Source of the DNA: Macrostomum lignano
Lineage: Eukaryota
Reading direction: 5' to 3'
Assembly: GCA_002269645.1 (NCBI GenBank)
Contig: NIVC01002063.1
Coordinates: forward strand, 144,257 to 208,256
Length of the DNA: 64,000 nucleotides
In this document: piece after piece, positions 35,393 through 49,393 of the stretch
Numbering within the stretch: position 1 is the stretch's first letter
How the letters are laid out: the number at the start of each line of letters is the position of its first letter
Made by a program: the position numbers and the translations under genes
Notes under the pieces: generated by a model
The model's database searches: none
What the model was told of the DNA's origin: nothing
What the model saw: only the letters and a program-made list of their open reading frames with translations

Positions 35393-35979
35393 AAAAATTG
35401 CAATAATTAATTATTTAACATTTCATTAGCAAAATAAATATATACCTTTATTTTCACTTCTCACTTTCAGGAAATAAAATCCTGGTTATGGTAATTCCCA
35501 GCAGTTATGGTAATTCCTGTCTAAGCTCACTGCCATATTTACAAAAGGAGGTCGAGCGAAGCCAAGGATCGAATATTTATTTGTGACTTTTTGATTTAAC
35601 CGAATGCAGATTTATTCAACTGCTGCAGAAGTTACGAGCTATTATCGCTAAATTTGGCAGATATAAAAATCAGAGAAAGAGCACATTGTAGTTCTGCTTA
35701 TCTTATCTCTATTGGTTAGCGCTTTCTCATTTGGACTTCAACTGAACTGGTTGCTAGGGCGGGGGTGCCATGTAAATCTCAGAGCCACTCTCACCAGAGT
35801 CCTGAAACTTTAAAAAAAAAATAATTTCAGTCTGAACTGTTTGCAAGAACCTGCATGCAACCATGTGCGCTCTCTGAATTATTTGGCCAGATCTGCTTTT
35901 TAGAAATTTAACATTCCGCTTTGTGCGAGAAGACAATGGCCAAGGATAGACAAGAGGTAACTGTTTAAGTTGATCATTC

Positions 35980-38900
35980 CAAAAGAATTGGGGAATTAGA
36001 CTGAGAGAGAGAATGGGCAATTAGGCTGACAGAGAATTGGGAATTAGACTGACAGAGAATGGGGAATTAGATTGGGAGAGAATGGGGAATTAGACTGAGA
36101 GAGAGAATGGGGAATTAGACTGAGAGAGAATGGGGAATTAGACTGAGAGAGAGAATGGGGAATTAGACTGAGAGAGAGCGAATGGGGAATTAGACTGACA
36201 GAGAATGGGGAATTAGATTGAGAGAGAGAGAATGGGGAATTAGACTGAGAGAGAATGGGGAATTAGACTGACAGAGAATTGGGAATTAGACTGAGAGAGA
36301 ATGGGGAATTAGACTGAGAGAGAGTGTGGGGAATTCGACAGAGACAATGGAGAATTAGACTCAGAGAGAGAATGGGGAATGAGACTGAGAGAGAATGGGG
36401 AATTAGACTGAGAGAGAATGGGGAATTAGACTGAGAGAGAGAGAATGGGGAATTAGACTGAGAGAGGGTAAATGGGGAATTAGACTGACAGAGAATGGGG
36501 AATTAGACTGAGAGAGAATGGGGAATTAGACTGAGAGAGAGAGAATGGGGAATTAGACTGAGAGAGAGTAAATGGGGAATTAGACTGACAGAGAATGGGG
36601 AATTAGACTGAGAGAGAGTAAATGGGGAATTAGACTGACAGAGAATGGGGAATTAGACTGAGAGAGAGAATGGGGAATGAGACTGAGAGAGAATGGGGAA
36701 TAAGACTGAGAGAGAGTGTGGGGAATTCGACAGAGACAATGGAGAATTAGACTCAGAGAGAGAATGGGGAATGAGACTGAGAGAGAATGGGGAATTAGAC
36801 TGAGAGAGAGAGAATGGGGAATTAGACTGAGAGAGAGAGAATGGGGAATTAGACTGACAGAGAATGGGGAATTAGACTAAGAGAGAGAATGGGGAATATG
36901 ACTGACAGAGAATTGGGAATTAGACTGAGAGAGAATGGGGAATTAGACTGAGAGAGAGTGTGGGGAATTCGACAGAGACAATGGAGAATTAGACTCAGAA
37001 AGAGAATGGGGAATGAGACTGAGAGAGAATGGGGAATTAGACTGAGAGAGAATGGGGAATTAGACTGAGAGAGAGAGAATGGGGAAATCAGACTGAGAGA
37101 GAGTGAATGGGGAAATAGACTGACAGAGAATGGGGAATTAGACTGAGACAGAGAATGGGGAATTAGACTGAGAGAGAGAATGGGGAATTAGACTGACAGA
37201 GAATGGGGAATTAGAATAAGAGAGAGAGTGGGGAATAAGACTGACAGAGAATTGGGAATTAGACTGAGAGAGAATGGGGAATTAGACTGAGAGAGAGTGT
37301 GCGGAATTCGACAGAGACAATGGAGAAATAGACTCAGAGAGAGAATAGGGAATGAGACTGAGAGAGAATGGGGAATTAGACTGAGAGAGAGAATGGGGAA
37401 TGAGACTGAGAGAGAATGGGGAATTAGACTGAGAGAGAATGGGGAATTAGACTGAGAGAGAATGGGGAATTAGACTGAGAGAGAGAGAATGGGGAATTAG
37501 ACTGAGAGAGAGTGAATGGGGAATTAGACTGACAGAGAATGGGGAATTAGACTGAGAGAGAGAATGGGGAATTAGACTGAGAGAGAATGGGGAATTAGAC
37601 TGACAGAGAATTGGGAATTAGACTGAGAGAGAATGGGGAATAAGACTGAGAGAGAGTGTGGGGAATTCGACAGAGACAATGGAGAATTAGACTCAGAAAG
37701 AGAATGGGGAATGAGACTGAGAGAGAATGGGGAATTAGACTGAGAGAGAATGGGAAATTAGACTGAGAGAGAGAGAATGGGGAATTAGACTGAGAGAGAG
37801 TAAATGGGGAATTAGACTGACAGAGAATGGGGAATTAGACTGAGAGAGAATGGGGAATGAGACTGAGAGAGAATGGGGAATTAGACTGAGAGAGAATGGG
37901 GAATTAGACTGAGAGAGAGAGAATGGGAAATTAGACTGAGAGAGAGTAAATAGGGAATTAGACTGACAGAGAATGGGGAATTAGACTGAGAGAGAATGGG
38001 GAATTAGACTGAGAGAGAATGGGGAATTAGACTGAGAGAGAGAGAATGGGAAATTAGACTGAGAGAGAGTAAATGGGGAATTAGACTGACAGAGAATGGG
38101 GAATTAGACTGAGAGAGAGTAAATAAGGAATTAGACTGACAGAGATTGGGGAATTAGACTGAGAGAGAGAATGGGGAATGAGACTGAGAGAGAATGGGGA
38201 ATTAGACTGAGAGAGAATGTGGAATTAGACTGAGAGAGAGAGAATGGGGAATTAGACTGAGAGAGAGAGAATGGGGAATTAGACTGACAGAGAATGGGGA
38301 ATTAGACTAAGAGAGAGAATGGGGAATATGACTGACAGAGAATTGGGAATTAGACTGAGAGAGAATGGGGAATTAGACTGAGAGAGAGTGTGGGGAATTC
38401 GACAGAGACAATGGAGAATTAGACTCAGAAAGAGAATGGGGAATGAGACTGAGAGAGAATGGGGAATTAGACTGAGAGAGAGAGAATGGGGAATTAGACT
38501 GAGAGAGAATTGGGAATTAGACTGAGAGAGAATGGGGAATTAGACTGAGAGAGAGTGTGGGGAATTCGACAGAGACAATGGAGAAATAGACTCAGAGAGA
38601 GAATGGGGAATGAGACTGAGAGAGAATGGGGAATTAGACTGAGAGAGAGAATGGGGAATGAGACTGAGAGAGAATGGGGAATTAGACTGAGAGAGAATGG
38701 GGAATTAGACTGAGAGAGAATGGGGAATTAGACTGAGAGAGAGAGAATGGGGAATTAGACAGAGAGAGAGTGAATGGGGAATTAGACTGACAGAGAATGG
38801 GGAATTAGACTGAGAGAGAATGGGGAATTAGACTGAGAGAGAATGGGAAATTAGACTGACAGAGAATTGGGAATTAGACTGACAGAGAATGGGGAATTAG

Positions 38901-41900
38901 ACTGAGAGAGAGAATGGGGAATTAGACTGAGAGAGAATGGGGAATTAGACTGACAGAGAATGGGGAATTAGACTAAGAGAGAGAATGGGGAATAAGACTG
39001 ACAGAGAATTGGGAATTAGACTGAGAGAGAATGGGGAATTAGACTGAGAGAGAGTGTGGGGAATTCGACAGAGACAATGGAGAAATAGACTCAGAGAGAG
39101 AATGGGGAATGAGACTGAGAGAGAATGGGGAATTAGACTGAGAGAGAGAATGGGGAATGAGACTGAGAGAGAATGGGGAATTAGACTGAGAGAGAATGGG
39201 GAATTAGACTGAGAGAGAATGGGGAATTAGACTGAGAGAGAGAGAATGGGGAATTAGACAGAGAGAGAGTGAATGGGGAATTAGACTGACAGAGAATGGG
39301 GAATTAGACTGAGAGAGAATGGGGAATTAGACTGAGAGAGAATGGGGAATTAGACTGACAGAGAATTGGGAATTAGACTGAGAGAGAATGGGGAATAAGA
39401 CTGAGAGAGAGTGTGGGGAATTCGACAGAGACAATGGAGAATTAGACTCAGAGAGAGAATGGGGAATGAGACTGAGAGAGAATGGGGAATTAGACTGAGA
39501 GAGAATGGGGAATTAGACTGAGAGAGAGAGAATGGGGAATTAGACTGAGAGAGAGAGAATGGGGAATTAGACTGACAGAGAATGGGGAAATAGACTAAGA
39601 GAGAGAATGGGGAATATGACTGACAGAGAATTGGGAATTAGACTGAGAGAGAATGGGGAATTAGACTGAGAGAGAGTGTGGGGAATTCGACAGAGACAAT
39701 GGAGAATTAGACTCAGAAAGAGAATGGGGAATGAGACTGAGAGAGAATGGGGAATTAGACTGAGAGAGAATGGGGAATTAGACTGAGAGAGAGAGAATGG
39801 GGAATTAGACTGAGAGAGAGAGAATGGGGAATTAGACTGACAGAGAATGGGGAATTAGACTAAGAGAGAGAATGGGGAATAAGACTGACAGAGAATTGGG
39901 AATTAGACTGAGAGAGAATGGGGAATTAGACTGAGAGAGAGTGTGGGGAATTCGACAGAGACAATGGAGAAATAGACTCAGAGAGAATGGGGAATGAGAC
40001 TGAGAGAGAATGGGGAATTAGACTGAGAGAGAGAATGGGGAATTAGACTGAGAGAGAATGGGGAATTAGACTGAGAGAGAATGGGGAATTAGACTGAGAG
40101 AGAATGGGGAATTAGACTGAGAGAGAGAGAGAATGGGGAATTAGACTGAGAGAGAGTGAATGGGGAATTAGACTGACAGAGAATGGGGAATTAGACTGAG
40201 AGAGAGAATGGGGAATTAGACTGAGAGAGAATGGGGAATTAGACTGACAGAGAATTGGGAATTAGACTGAGAGAGAATGGGGAATAAGACTGAGAGAGAG
40301 TGTGGGGAATTCGACAGAGACAATGGAGAATTAGACTCAGAGAGAGAATGGGGAATGAGACTGAGAGAGAATGGGGAATTAGACTGAGAGAGAATGGGGA
40401 ATTAGACTGAGAGAGAGAGAATGGGGAATTAGACTGAGAGAGAGTAAATGGGGAATTAGACTGACAGAGAATGGGGAATTAGACTGAGAGAGAATGGGGA
40501 ATTAGACTGAGAGAGAGATAATGGGAAATTAGACTGAGAGAGAGTAAATGGGGAATTAGACTGACAGAGAATGGGGAATTAGACTGAGAGAGAGTAAATG
40601 AGGAATTAGACTGACAGAGATTGGGGAGTTAGACTGAGAGAGAGAATGGGGAATGAGACTGAGAGAGAATGGGGAATTAGACTGAGAGAGAATGTGGAAT
40701 TAGACTGAGAGAGAGAGAATGGGGAATGAGACTGAGAGAGAATGGGGAATTAGACTGAGAGAGAATGGGGAATTAGACTGAGAGAGAGAGAATGGGGAAT
40801 TAGACTGAGAGAGAGAGAATGGGGAATTAGACTGACAGAGAATGGGGAATTAGACTAAGAGAGAGAATGGGGAATATGACTGACAGAGAATTGGGAATTA
40901 GACTGAGAGAGAATGGGGAATTAGACTGAGAGAGAGTGTGGGGAATTCGACAGAGACAATGGAGAATTAGACTCAGAAAGAGAATGGGGAATGAGACTGA
41001 GAGAGAATGGGGAATTAGACTGAGAGAGAATGGGGAATTAGACTGAGAGAGAGAGAATGGGGAATTAGACTGAGAGAGAGTGAATGGGGAATTAGACTGA
41101 CAGAGAATGGGGAATTAGACTGAGAGAGAGAGAATGGGGAATTAGACTGAGAGAGAATGGGGAATTAGACTGACAGAGAATGGGGAATTAGACTAAGAGA
41201 GAGAATGAGGAAGAAGACTGACAGAGAATTGGGAATTAGACTGAGAGAGAATGGGGAATTAGACTGAGAGAGAGTGTGGGGAATTCGACAGAGACAATGG
41301 AGAAATAGACTCAGAGAGAGAATGGGGAATGAGACTGAGAGAGAATGGGGAATTAGACTGAGAGAGAGAATGGGGAATGAGACTGAGAGAGAATGGGGAA
41401 TTAGACTGAGAGAGAATGGGGAATTAGACTGAGAGAGAATGGGGAATTAGACTGAGAGAGAGAGAATGGGGAATTAGACTGAGAGAGAGTGAATGGGGAA
41501 TTAGACTGACAGAGAATGGGGAATTAGACTGAGAGAGAGAATGGGGAATTAGACTGAGAGAGAATGGGGAATTAGACTGACAGAGAATGGGAATTAGACT
41601 GAGAGAGAATGGGGAATTAGACTGAGAGAGAGTGTGGGGAATTCGACAGAGACAATGGAGAATTAGACTCAGAGAGAGAATGGGGAATGAGACTGAGAGA
41701 GAATGGGGAATTAGACTGAGAGAGAATGGGGAATTAGACTGAGAGAGAGAGAATGGGGAATTAGACTGAGAGAGAGTAAATGGGGAATTAGACTGACAGA
41801 GAATGGGGAATTAGACTGAGAGAGAATGGGGAATTAGACTGAGAGAGAGAGAATGGGAAATTAGACTGAGAGAGAGTAAATGGGGAATTAGACTGACAGA

Positions 41901-44900
41901 GAATGGGGAATTAGACTGAGAGAGAGTAAATGAGGAATTAGACTGACAGAGATTGGGGAGTTAGACTGAGAGAGAGAATGGGGAATGAGACTGAGAGAGA
42001 ATGGGGAATTAGACTGAGAGAGAATGTGGAATTAGACTGAGAGAGAGAGAATGGGGAATTAGACTGAGAGAGAGAGAATGGGGAATTAGACTGACAGAGA
42101 ATGGGGAATTAGACTAAGAGAGAGAATGGGGAATATGACTGACAGAGAATTGGGAATTAGACTGAGAGAGAATCGGGAATTAGACTGAGAGAGAGAGTGT
42201 GGGGAATTCGACAGAGACAATGGAGAATTAGACTCAGAAAGAGAATGGGGAATGAGACTGAGAGAGAATGGGGAATTAGACTGAGAGAGAATGGGGAATT
42301 AGACTGAGAGAGAGAGAATGGGGAATTAGACTGAGAGAGAGAGAATGGGGAATTAGACTGACAGAGAATGGGGAATTAGACTAAGAGAGAGAATGGGGAA
42401 TATGACTGACAGAGAATTGGGAATTAGACTGAGAGAGAATGGGGAATTAGACTGAGAGAGAGTGTGGGAATTCGACAGAGACAATGGAGAATTAGACTCA
42501 GAAAGAGAATGGGGAATGAGACTGAGAGAGAATGGGGAATTAGACTGAGAGAGAATGGGGAATTAGACTGAGAGAGAGAGAATGGGGAATTAGACTGAGA
42601 GAGAGTGAATGGGGAATTAGACTGACAGAGAATGGGAATTAGACTGAGAGAGAGAATGGGGAATTAGACTGAGAGAGAATGGGGAATTAGACTGACAGAG
42701 AATGGGGAATTAGACTAAGAGAGAGAATGGGGAATAAGACTGACAGAGAATGGGAATTAGACTGAGAGAGAATGGGGAATGAGACTGAGAGAGAGTGTGG
42801 GAATTCGACAGAGACAATGGAGAATAGACTCAGAGAGAGAATGGGGAATGAGACTGAGAGAGAATGGGAATTAGACTGAGAGAGAGAATGGGGAATGAGA
42901 CTGAGAGAGAATGGGGAATTAGACTGAGAGAGAATGGGGAATTAGACTGAGAGAGAATGGGGAATTAGACTGAGAGAGAGATGGGGAATTAGACTGAGAG
43001 AGAATGGGGAATTAGACTGAGAGAGAATGGGAATTAGACTGAGAGAGAGAATGGGGAATTAGACTGAGAGAGAATGGGGAATTAGACTGACAGAGAATGG
43101 GAATTAGACTGAGAGAGAATGGGGAATTAGACTGAGAGAGAGTGTGGGGAATTAGACTGACAGAGAATGGGAATTAGACTCAGAGAGAGAATGGGGAATT
43201 AGACTGAGAGAGAATGGGGAATTAGACTGAGAGAGAATGGGAATTAGACTGAGAGAGAGATGGGGAATTAGACTGAGAGAGAGTATGGGGAATTAGACTG
43301 ACAGAGAATGGGGAATTAGACTGAGAGAGAGTAAATGGGAATTAGACTGACAGAGATGGGGAATTAGACTGAGAGAGAATGGGGAATTAGACTGAGAGAG
43401 AATGGGGAATTAGACTGAGAGAGAGAATGTGGGAATTAGACTGAGAGAGAGATGGGGAATTAGACTGAGAGAGAATGGGGAATTAGACTGACAGAGAATG
43501 GGGAATTAGACTGAAGAGAGAGAATGGGGAATTAGACTGACAGAGAATGGGGAATTAGACTGAGAGAGAATGGGGAATTAGACTGAGAGAGAATGGGGAA
43601 TTCGACAGAGACAATGGGAATTAGACTGAGAAGAGAATGGGGAATGAGACTGAGAGAGAATGGGGAATTAGACTGAGAGAGAATGGGGAATTAGACTGAG
43701 AGAGAGAGAATGGGGAATTAGACTGAGAGAGAGAGAATGGGGAATTAGACTGACAGAAGAATGGGGAATTAGACTAAGAGAGAGAATGGGGAATTAGACT
43801 GAGAGAGAATGGGAATTAGACTGAGAGAGAATGGGGAATTAGACTGAGAGAGAGTGTGGGGAATTCGACAGAGACAATGGAGAATTAGACTCAGAAAGAG
43901 AATGGGGAATGAGACTGAGAGAGAATGGGGAATTAGACTGAGAAAGAATGGGGAATTAGACTGAGAGAGAGAGAATGGGGAATTAGACTGAGAGAGAGTG
44001 AATGGGGAATTAGACTGACAGAGAATGGGGAATTAGACTGAGAGAGAGAATGGGGAATTAGACTGAGAGAGAATGGGGAATTAGACTGACAGAGAATGGG
44101 GAATTAGACTAAGAGAGAGAATGGGGAATAAGACTGACAGAGAATTGGGAATTAGACTGAGAGAGAATGGGGAATTAGACTGAGAGAGAGTGTGGGGAAT
44201 TCGACAGAGACAATGGAGAATAGACTCAGAGAGAGAATGGGGAATGAGACTGAGAGAGAATGGGGAATTAGACTGAGAGAGAGAATGGGGAATGAGACTG
44301 AGAGAGAATGGGGAATTAGACTGAGAGAGAATGGGGAATTAGACTGAGAGAGAATGGGGAATTAGACTGAGAGAGAGAGAATGGGGAATTAGACTGAGAG
44401 AGAGTGAATGGGGAATTAGACTGAGAGAGAATGGGGAATTAGACTGAGAGAGAGAATGGGGAATTAGACTGAGAGAGAATGGGGAATTAGACTGACAGAG
44501 AATGGGGAATTAGACTGAGAGAGAATGGGGAATAAGACTGAGAGAGAGTGTGGGGAATTCGACAGAGACAATGGAGAATTAGACTCAGAGAGAGAATGGG
44601 GAATGAGACTGAGAGAGAATGGGGAATTAGACTGAGAGAGAATGGGGAATTAGACTGAGAGAGAGAGAATGGGGAATTAGACTGAGAGAGAGTAAATGGG
44701 GAATTAGACTGACAGAGAATGGGGAATTAGACTGAGAGAGAATGGGGAATTAGACTGAGAGAGAGAGAATGGGGAATTAGACTGAGAGAGAGTAAATGGG
44801 GAATTAGACTGACAGAGAATGGGGAATTAGACTGAGAGAGAGTAAATGGGGAATTAGACTGACAGAAAATGGGGAATTAGACTGAGAGAGAGAATGGGGA

Positions 44901-45370
44901 ATGAGACTGAGAGAGAATGGGGAATTAGACTGAGAGAGAATGGGGAATTAGACTGAGAGAGAGAGAATGGGGAATTAGACTGAGAGAGAGTGAATGGGGA
45001 ATTAGACTGACAGAGAATGGGGAATTAGACTGAGAGAGAGAATGGGGAATTAGACTGAGAGAGAATGGGGAATTAGACTGACAGAGAATTGGGAATTAGA
45101 CTGAGAGAGAATGGGGAATAAGACTGAGAGAGAGTGTGGGGAATTCGACAGAGACAATGGAGAAATAGACTCAGAGAGAGAATGGGGAATGAGACTGAGA
45201 GAGAATGGGGAATGAGACTGAGAGAGAATGGGGAATTAGACTGAGAGAGAGAATGGGGAATCAGACTGAGAGAGAATGGGGAATTAGACTGAGAGAGAAT
45301 GGGGAATTAGACTGAGAGAGAGAGAATGGGGAATTAGTCTGAGAGAGAGAGAATGGGGAATTAGACTGAG
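35980..45370. repeat. 9.4-kb purine-rich satellite, ~22-28-bp unit (AGAATGGGGAATTAGACTGAGAG) with a recurrent higher-order marker
   Basis: Unit length varies with the internal (GA)n. The marker GTGTGGGGAATTCGACAGAGACAATGGAG recurs about 23 times at irregular, mostly few-hundred-bp, intervals. Confidence 0.98.
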
Positions 45371-45456
45371 GGAATAACACTGTGAGAGGGAATAAAGCAG
45401 AGAAAATGTCAGTCTCGCATTCCCTGAAATAATAATCAATAATCAATGTTTTCCAG

Positions 45457-48400
45457 GAAAGTGGCACGGCTGAGGAGACGGAGCAGAAGGCCTTTAGCTC
45501 GTCCGCGGCCATCATATTCTCCTGCCTGGGCACAGTGGTTGGCACGGGGAATATTTGGCGTTTCCCGCGAATTGCCGCCCAGAACAGCGCAACGCAGGGT
45601 GAGCCGAGGAGAGGCTGGAGAAAGGAAATATTAATAGCTAGTGGTTCATAAATTCATAAATATTCGCACATGGGATGCGGGCACCCTGATGCAGATCGCC
45701 TTCGGCGACATCATCCCGCAACTGAAACTGAGCACACACAAGCGCGCCAATACTGTACGCAGGCACAGCACTCGTACAACACGCTCACACAGCCTGACTT
45801 TCTAATCCTGCACACTCTTTGTGCCTTGAGGGTTGGCCCTCATGGCTGTGAATCACGCAGGGGGGGGGAATGATGGATGAAGAGAGGGAGACCTGAGAGA
45901 GTAGAAAGTAATGAGAAGAGAGAGGTGAGAGAGGAGAGAGGAGAGAGGAGAGATGGGAGAGGAGACATAAGAGATGAGAGATGAGAGAGGAGAGAGGAGA
46001 GAGGAGAGAGAAAAGGGAATGTGGAAAGAGAGGAGAGATAAGAGATGAGAGATGAGAGGGGAGAGAGGAGATATAAGAGAGGAGAGATGAGAGAGGAGAG
46101 ATGAGAGAGGAGGGAGGACAGAGGAGAGGAGATAGAGGAGAGATGAGAGAGGAGAGATGAGAGAGGAGAGATGAGAGAGGAGGGAGGAGAGAGGAGAAAG
46201 GAGAAATGAGAGAGAGGAGAGAGGAGAAAGGAGAGAGGAGAGATGAGAGAGGAGAGATGAGAGAGGAGGGAGGACAGAGGATAGATGAGAGAGGATAGAG
46301 GAGAGATGAGAGAGGAGGGAGGAGAAATGAGAGGAGAGAGGAGAGGGGAGAGAGGAGAGAGAAGAGATGAGAGAGCAGAGAGAAGAGAGGAGAGAGAAGA
46401 TATGAGAGAGGAGAGAGCAGAGAGAAGAGAGCAGAGAGAAGAGAGGAGAGAGAATGGAGGAGAGAGCAGAGAGAAGAGAGCAGAGAGCAGAGATGATGTG
46501 CTTTAGCAAATTTCCAAGTTAGCGCGTGTACCAGTTACCAGTTTATATATGCTAAATATTGCCTGAGCCGGCATCCAAACTCTCCCTGGCAGGCACCCTG
46601 ATCTTCCTGGCAACTTGGATCATTTTCCTATTCCTGTGGTCTTCGCCCATGCTTCTCATTGAGTATGCAGTCGGCCGCTACTTCAAAAAATCGCCAATCC
46701 AATCCTTCCGCATCGCTATGGGCGACAAATTCTTGTGGTGCGGCTCCTGGGTTACCATGGTAACCTTTATGATTAGGTGAGAAAAAATGGCATTTTTCTT
46801 AAAGTAAAAATATTCTAGTAACTTTGCAAATTTATCGCTCAAAAACCCATAGTTGCTACTACTCAGTAGTGCTGGGCTGGTGTCTGTACTATGTGTTCAA
46901 GTCTGTTCAATTGAGCGTCACAACTGGACTGCCGAGCAGCGAGCCGGAGAGTTTGGCTGTGTTCCAGGAGTTTGCCGTAAGTGACATTGAGAGTGAGATT
47001 AGGGTTGAGATTAAAGTTGAGATTGAGGGTGAGATAAGAGCTGAGATATAGGTTTAGAATTGAGACGAGATTGAAGGTGAGATTGCTGGGGAGATTAGAG
47101 GTGAGATTGTGGGTGAGGTGAGATTGAAGTCGAGATTATAGGTGAGATTTTGGGTGGTGTTGAAGGTGAGATTAGAGATGAGATTAGAGGTGAGATTAAA
47201 GGTGAGATTGTGAGTCGTTTTGAGAGTGAGATTAAAGTTGAGATTAGAGGTGAGATTGTGAGTGAGGTTTAGGGTGATGTTGAGGGTGAGATTAGAGGTG
47301 AGATTGTGGGTGAAATTAAGGGTGAGATTCGATGTGAGATTCGATGTGAGATTAGAGGTAAGATTGTGGGTGAGATATACAGTGAGATTTAGGGTGAATT
47401 CAAAGTTGTGCTTGGAGATAAGACTAGTGAAGTATAGATTTATTTTGCAAGTTAAAAAGTAAATGATTATTTAATGGTCTAGTGAAGGTCATAAACGTAG
47501 TTAAATGTTGGCCGAAAAAGTGAATCAATTAAAACAAAAGTTCACCTACGAGTAATTATTAACAAAATGCTGAGCAGGAGAACAGCAGCTGGCCCATCCT
47601 GACCCACTTCCTGTCAATACTGTTTGCCGGCGCCTGCGTGATCGGCGGCATCACCTGGATTGAGAAGGCCAACATGGTGCTGGTGCCAACCCTGCTGTTG
47701 ATCATTGTCTTCACCTACTGCTGGTCACTGCTTCGCGACTACAGCGACTATGGAATTCGGTTCCTGTTTACGCCTGATATTGGTGAGTACCTAATAAATT
47801 TATTTTTTAATTACCTACGGCTCTGCTCCATAGATGCTTCATAGAGGCCAAAGGCTACAGGCTACAGGATACAGACTACAGGCTACAGACTACAGGCTAC
47901 AGACTACAGACTACAGGCTACATACAGGCTACAGACTACAGGCTACAGACTACAGACTACAGGCTACAGACTACAGGCTACAGACTACAGGCTACAGACT
48001 ACAGGCTACCAGGCTACAGGCTACAGACTACAGGCTACAGACTACAGACTACAGGCTACATACAGACTACAGACTACCAGACTACAGGCTACAGACTACA
48101 GGCTACCAGGCTACAGGCTACAGACTACAGGCTACAGACTACAGGCTACAGACTACAGGCTACATACAGGCTACAGACTACAGGCACAGCTCTTTCTAAT
48201 AATTAAAAGTGTCTGAACTCTCCAGACAATCCCAGTACATGCTTGTGCATATCAGCAGTAGAAGTTCAAAAGCTTTAGAATTCTAAATCTCACCACTCCA
48301 TTCACAAGTTTCAACGAAGGCAGAACTTTTACTTTTTCATTTTCAGACGCGCTTAAAGACACCAGGCTGTGGGTGGACTCCGCATCGCAGAATGCCTTCG

Positions 48401-49357
48401 ACACGGGTGCCGCGATGGGGCTGATTGTGCCATACGCCACCTATATGACTCGAAAGAATGGCGTTGTGCGCTTCTCCATGTTCATTCCTACTATGAACAA
48501 CTTTGTCAGGTGGGACAGGCACTAAGACAGGCACTGAGACAGACACTAGGAAGGACACTGAGACAGGCACTGGGACAGACAATGGGACAGGCACTGAGCC
48601 AGGCCCTCAGACAGGCACTGAGACAGGCACTGACGCAGACCCTGAGACAGATACTGAGACAGGCACTGAGACAGACACTGAGACAGGCACTGAGACAGAC
48701 ACTGAGACAGGCACTGAGACAGACACTGAGACAGACACTGAGACAGGCACTGAGACAGACACTGAGACAGACACTGAGACAGGCATTAAGACAGGCACTG
48801 AGACAGACACTGAGACAGACACTGAGACAGACACTGAGACAGACACTGAGACAGGCATTAAGACAGGCACTGAGACAGGCATTAAGACAGGCATACAGAC
48901 AGCCCTAATTTTACTTTCTGCAGCCTGCTCTGCGCCCTCACAATATTCTCAACGGTGTTCTCAACGCTGATCCAGACTCAGAGCACGCTGTCCCGCACTG
49001 GAATTGTGGAGATCATCAAACAGTCGGGTCCAGCCTCCACCGGCCTGACCTTCATCTGGATTCCCGTCTTATTCGGTCAGTTCGACGTTTTCGGCAGCAT
49101 CCTGTGCGTTTTGTTCTTCCTCTGCTTGAGCTTCGCTGGAGTGAGCTCGCTGATTGCTAATATTGAGCTGACTTCGCTCACCCTGCAGGACTTTGGCAGT
49201 GAGTCTCCGCTGGTTCTGTTGCTTGAAGAATTGATAAATAGAGGAGAAAGAGGGAGAGAGAGAAAGATAGAGAGGTAGAGAGAGAGAAGAGAGGTCAAAA
49301 TATTATTTTAGAAAATAGGCTACCGGTTTCAAGCCTCTGGGCTCTTCGTTAGGCCAA

Positions 49358-49393
<36 letters not shown>

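Noticed and set aside
42460-43800. Distinct sub-array with shortened G-runs and missing bases
   Set aside because: Scattered single-base homopolymer deletions look like low-coverage long-read consensus error rather than biology. This also cautions against over-reading single frameshifts elsewhere.
45446-45634. ATG at 45446 as the SLC6 start
   Set aside because: It is out of frame with the conserved TM1 sequence (it reads MFSRKVARL...). The ATG at 45406 runs into TAA and has only a poor GTCTCG donor.
45670-45860. Coding-looking GC-rich patch in SLC6 intron 1 sharing GGCACCCTGAT with exon 2
   Set aside because: An 11-bp match, short frames, no recognisable motif and no usable splice pair.
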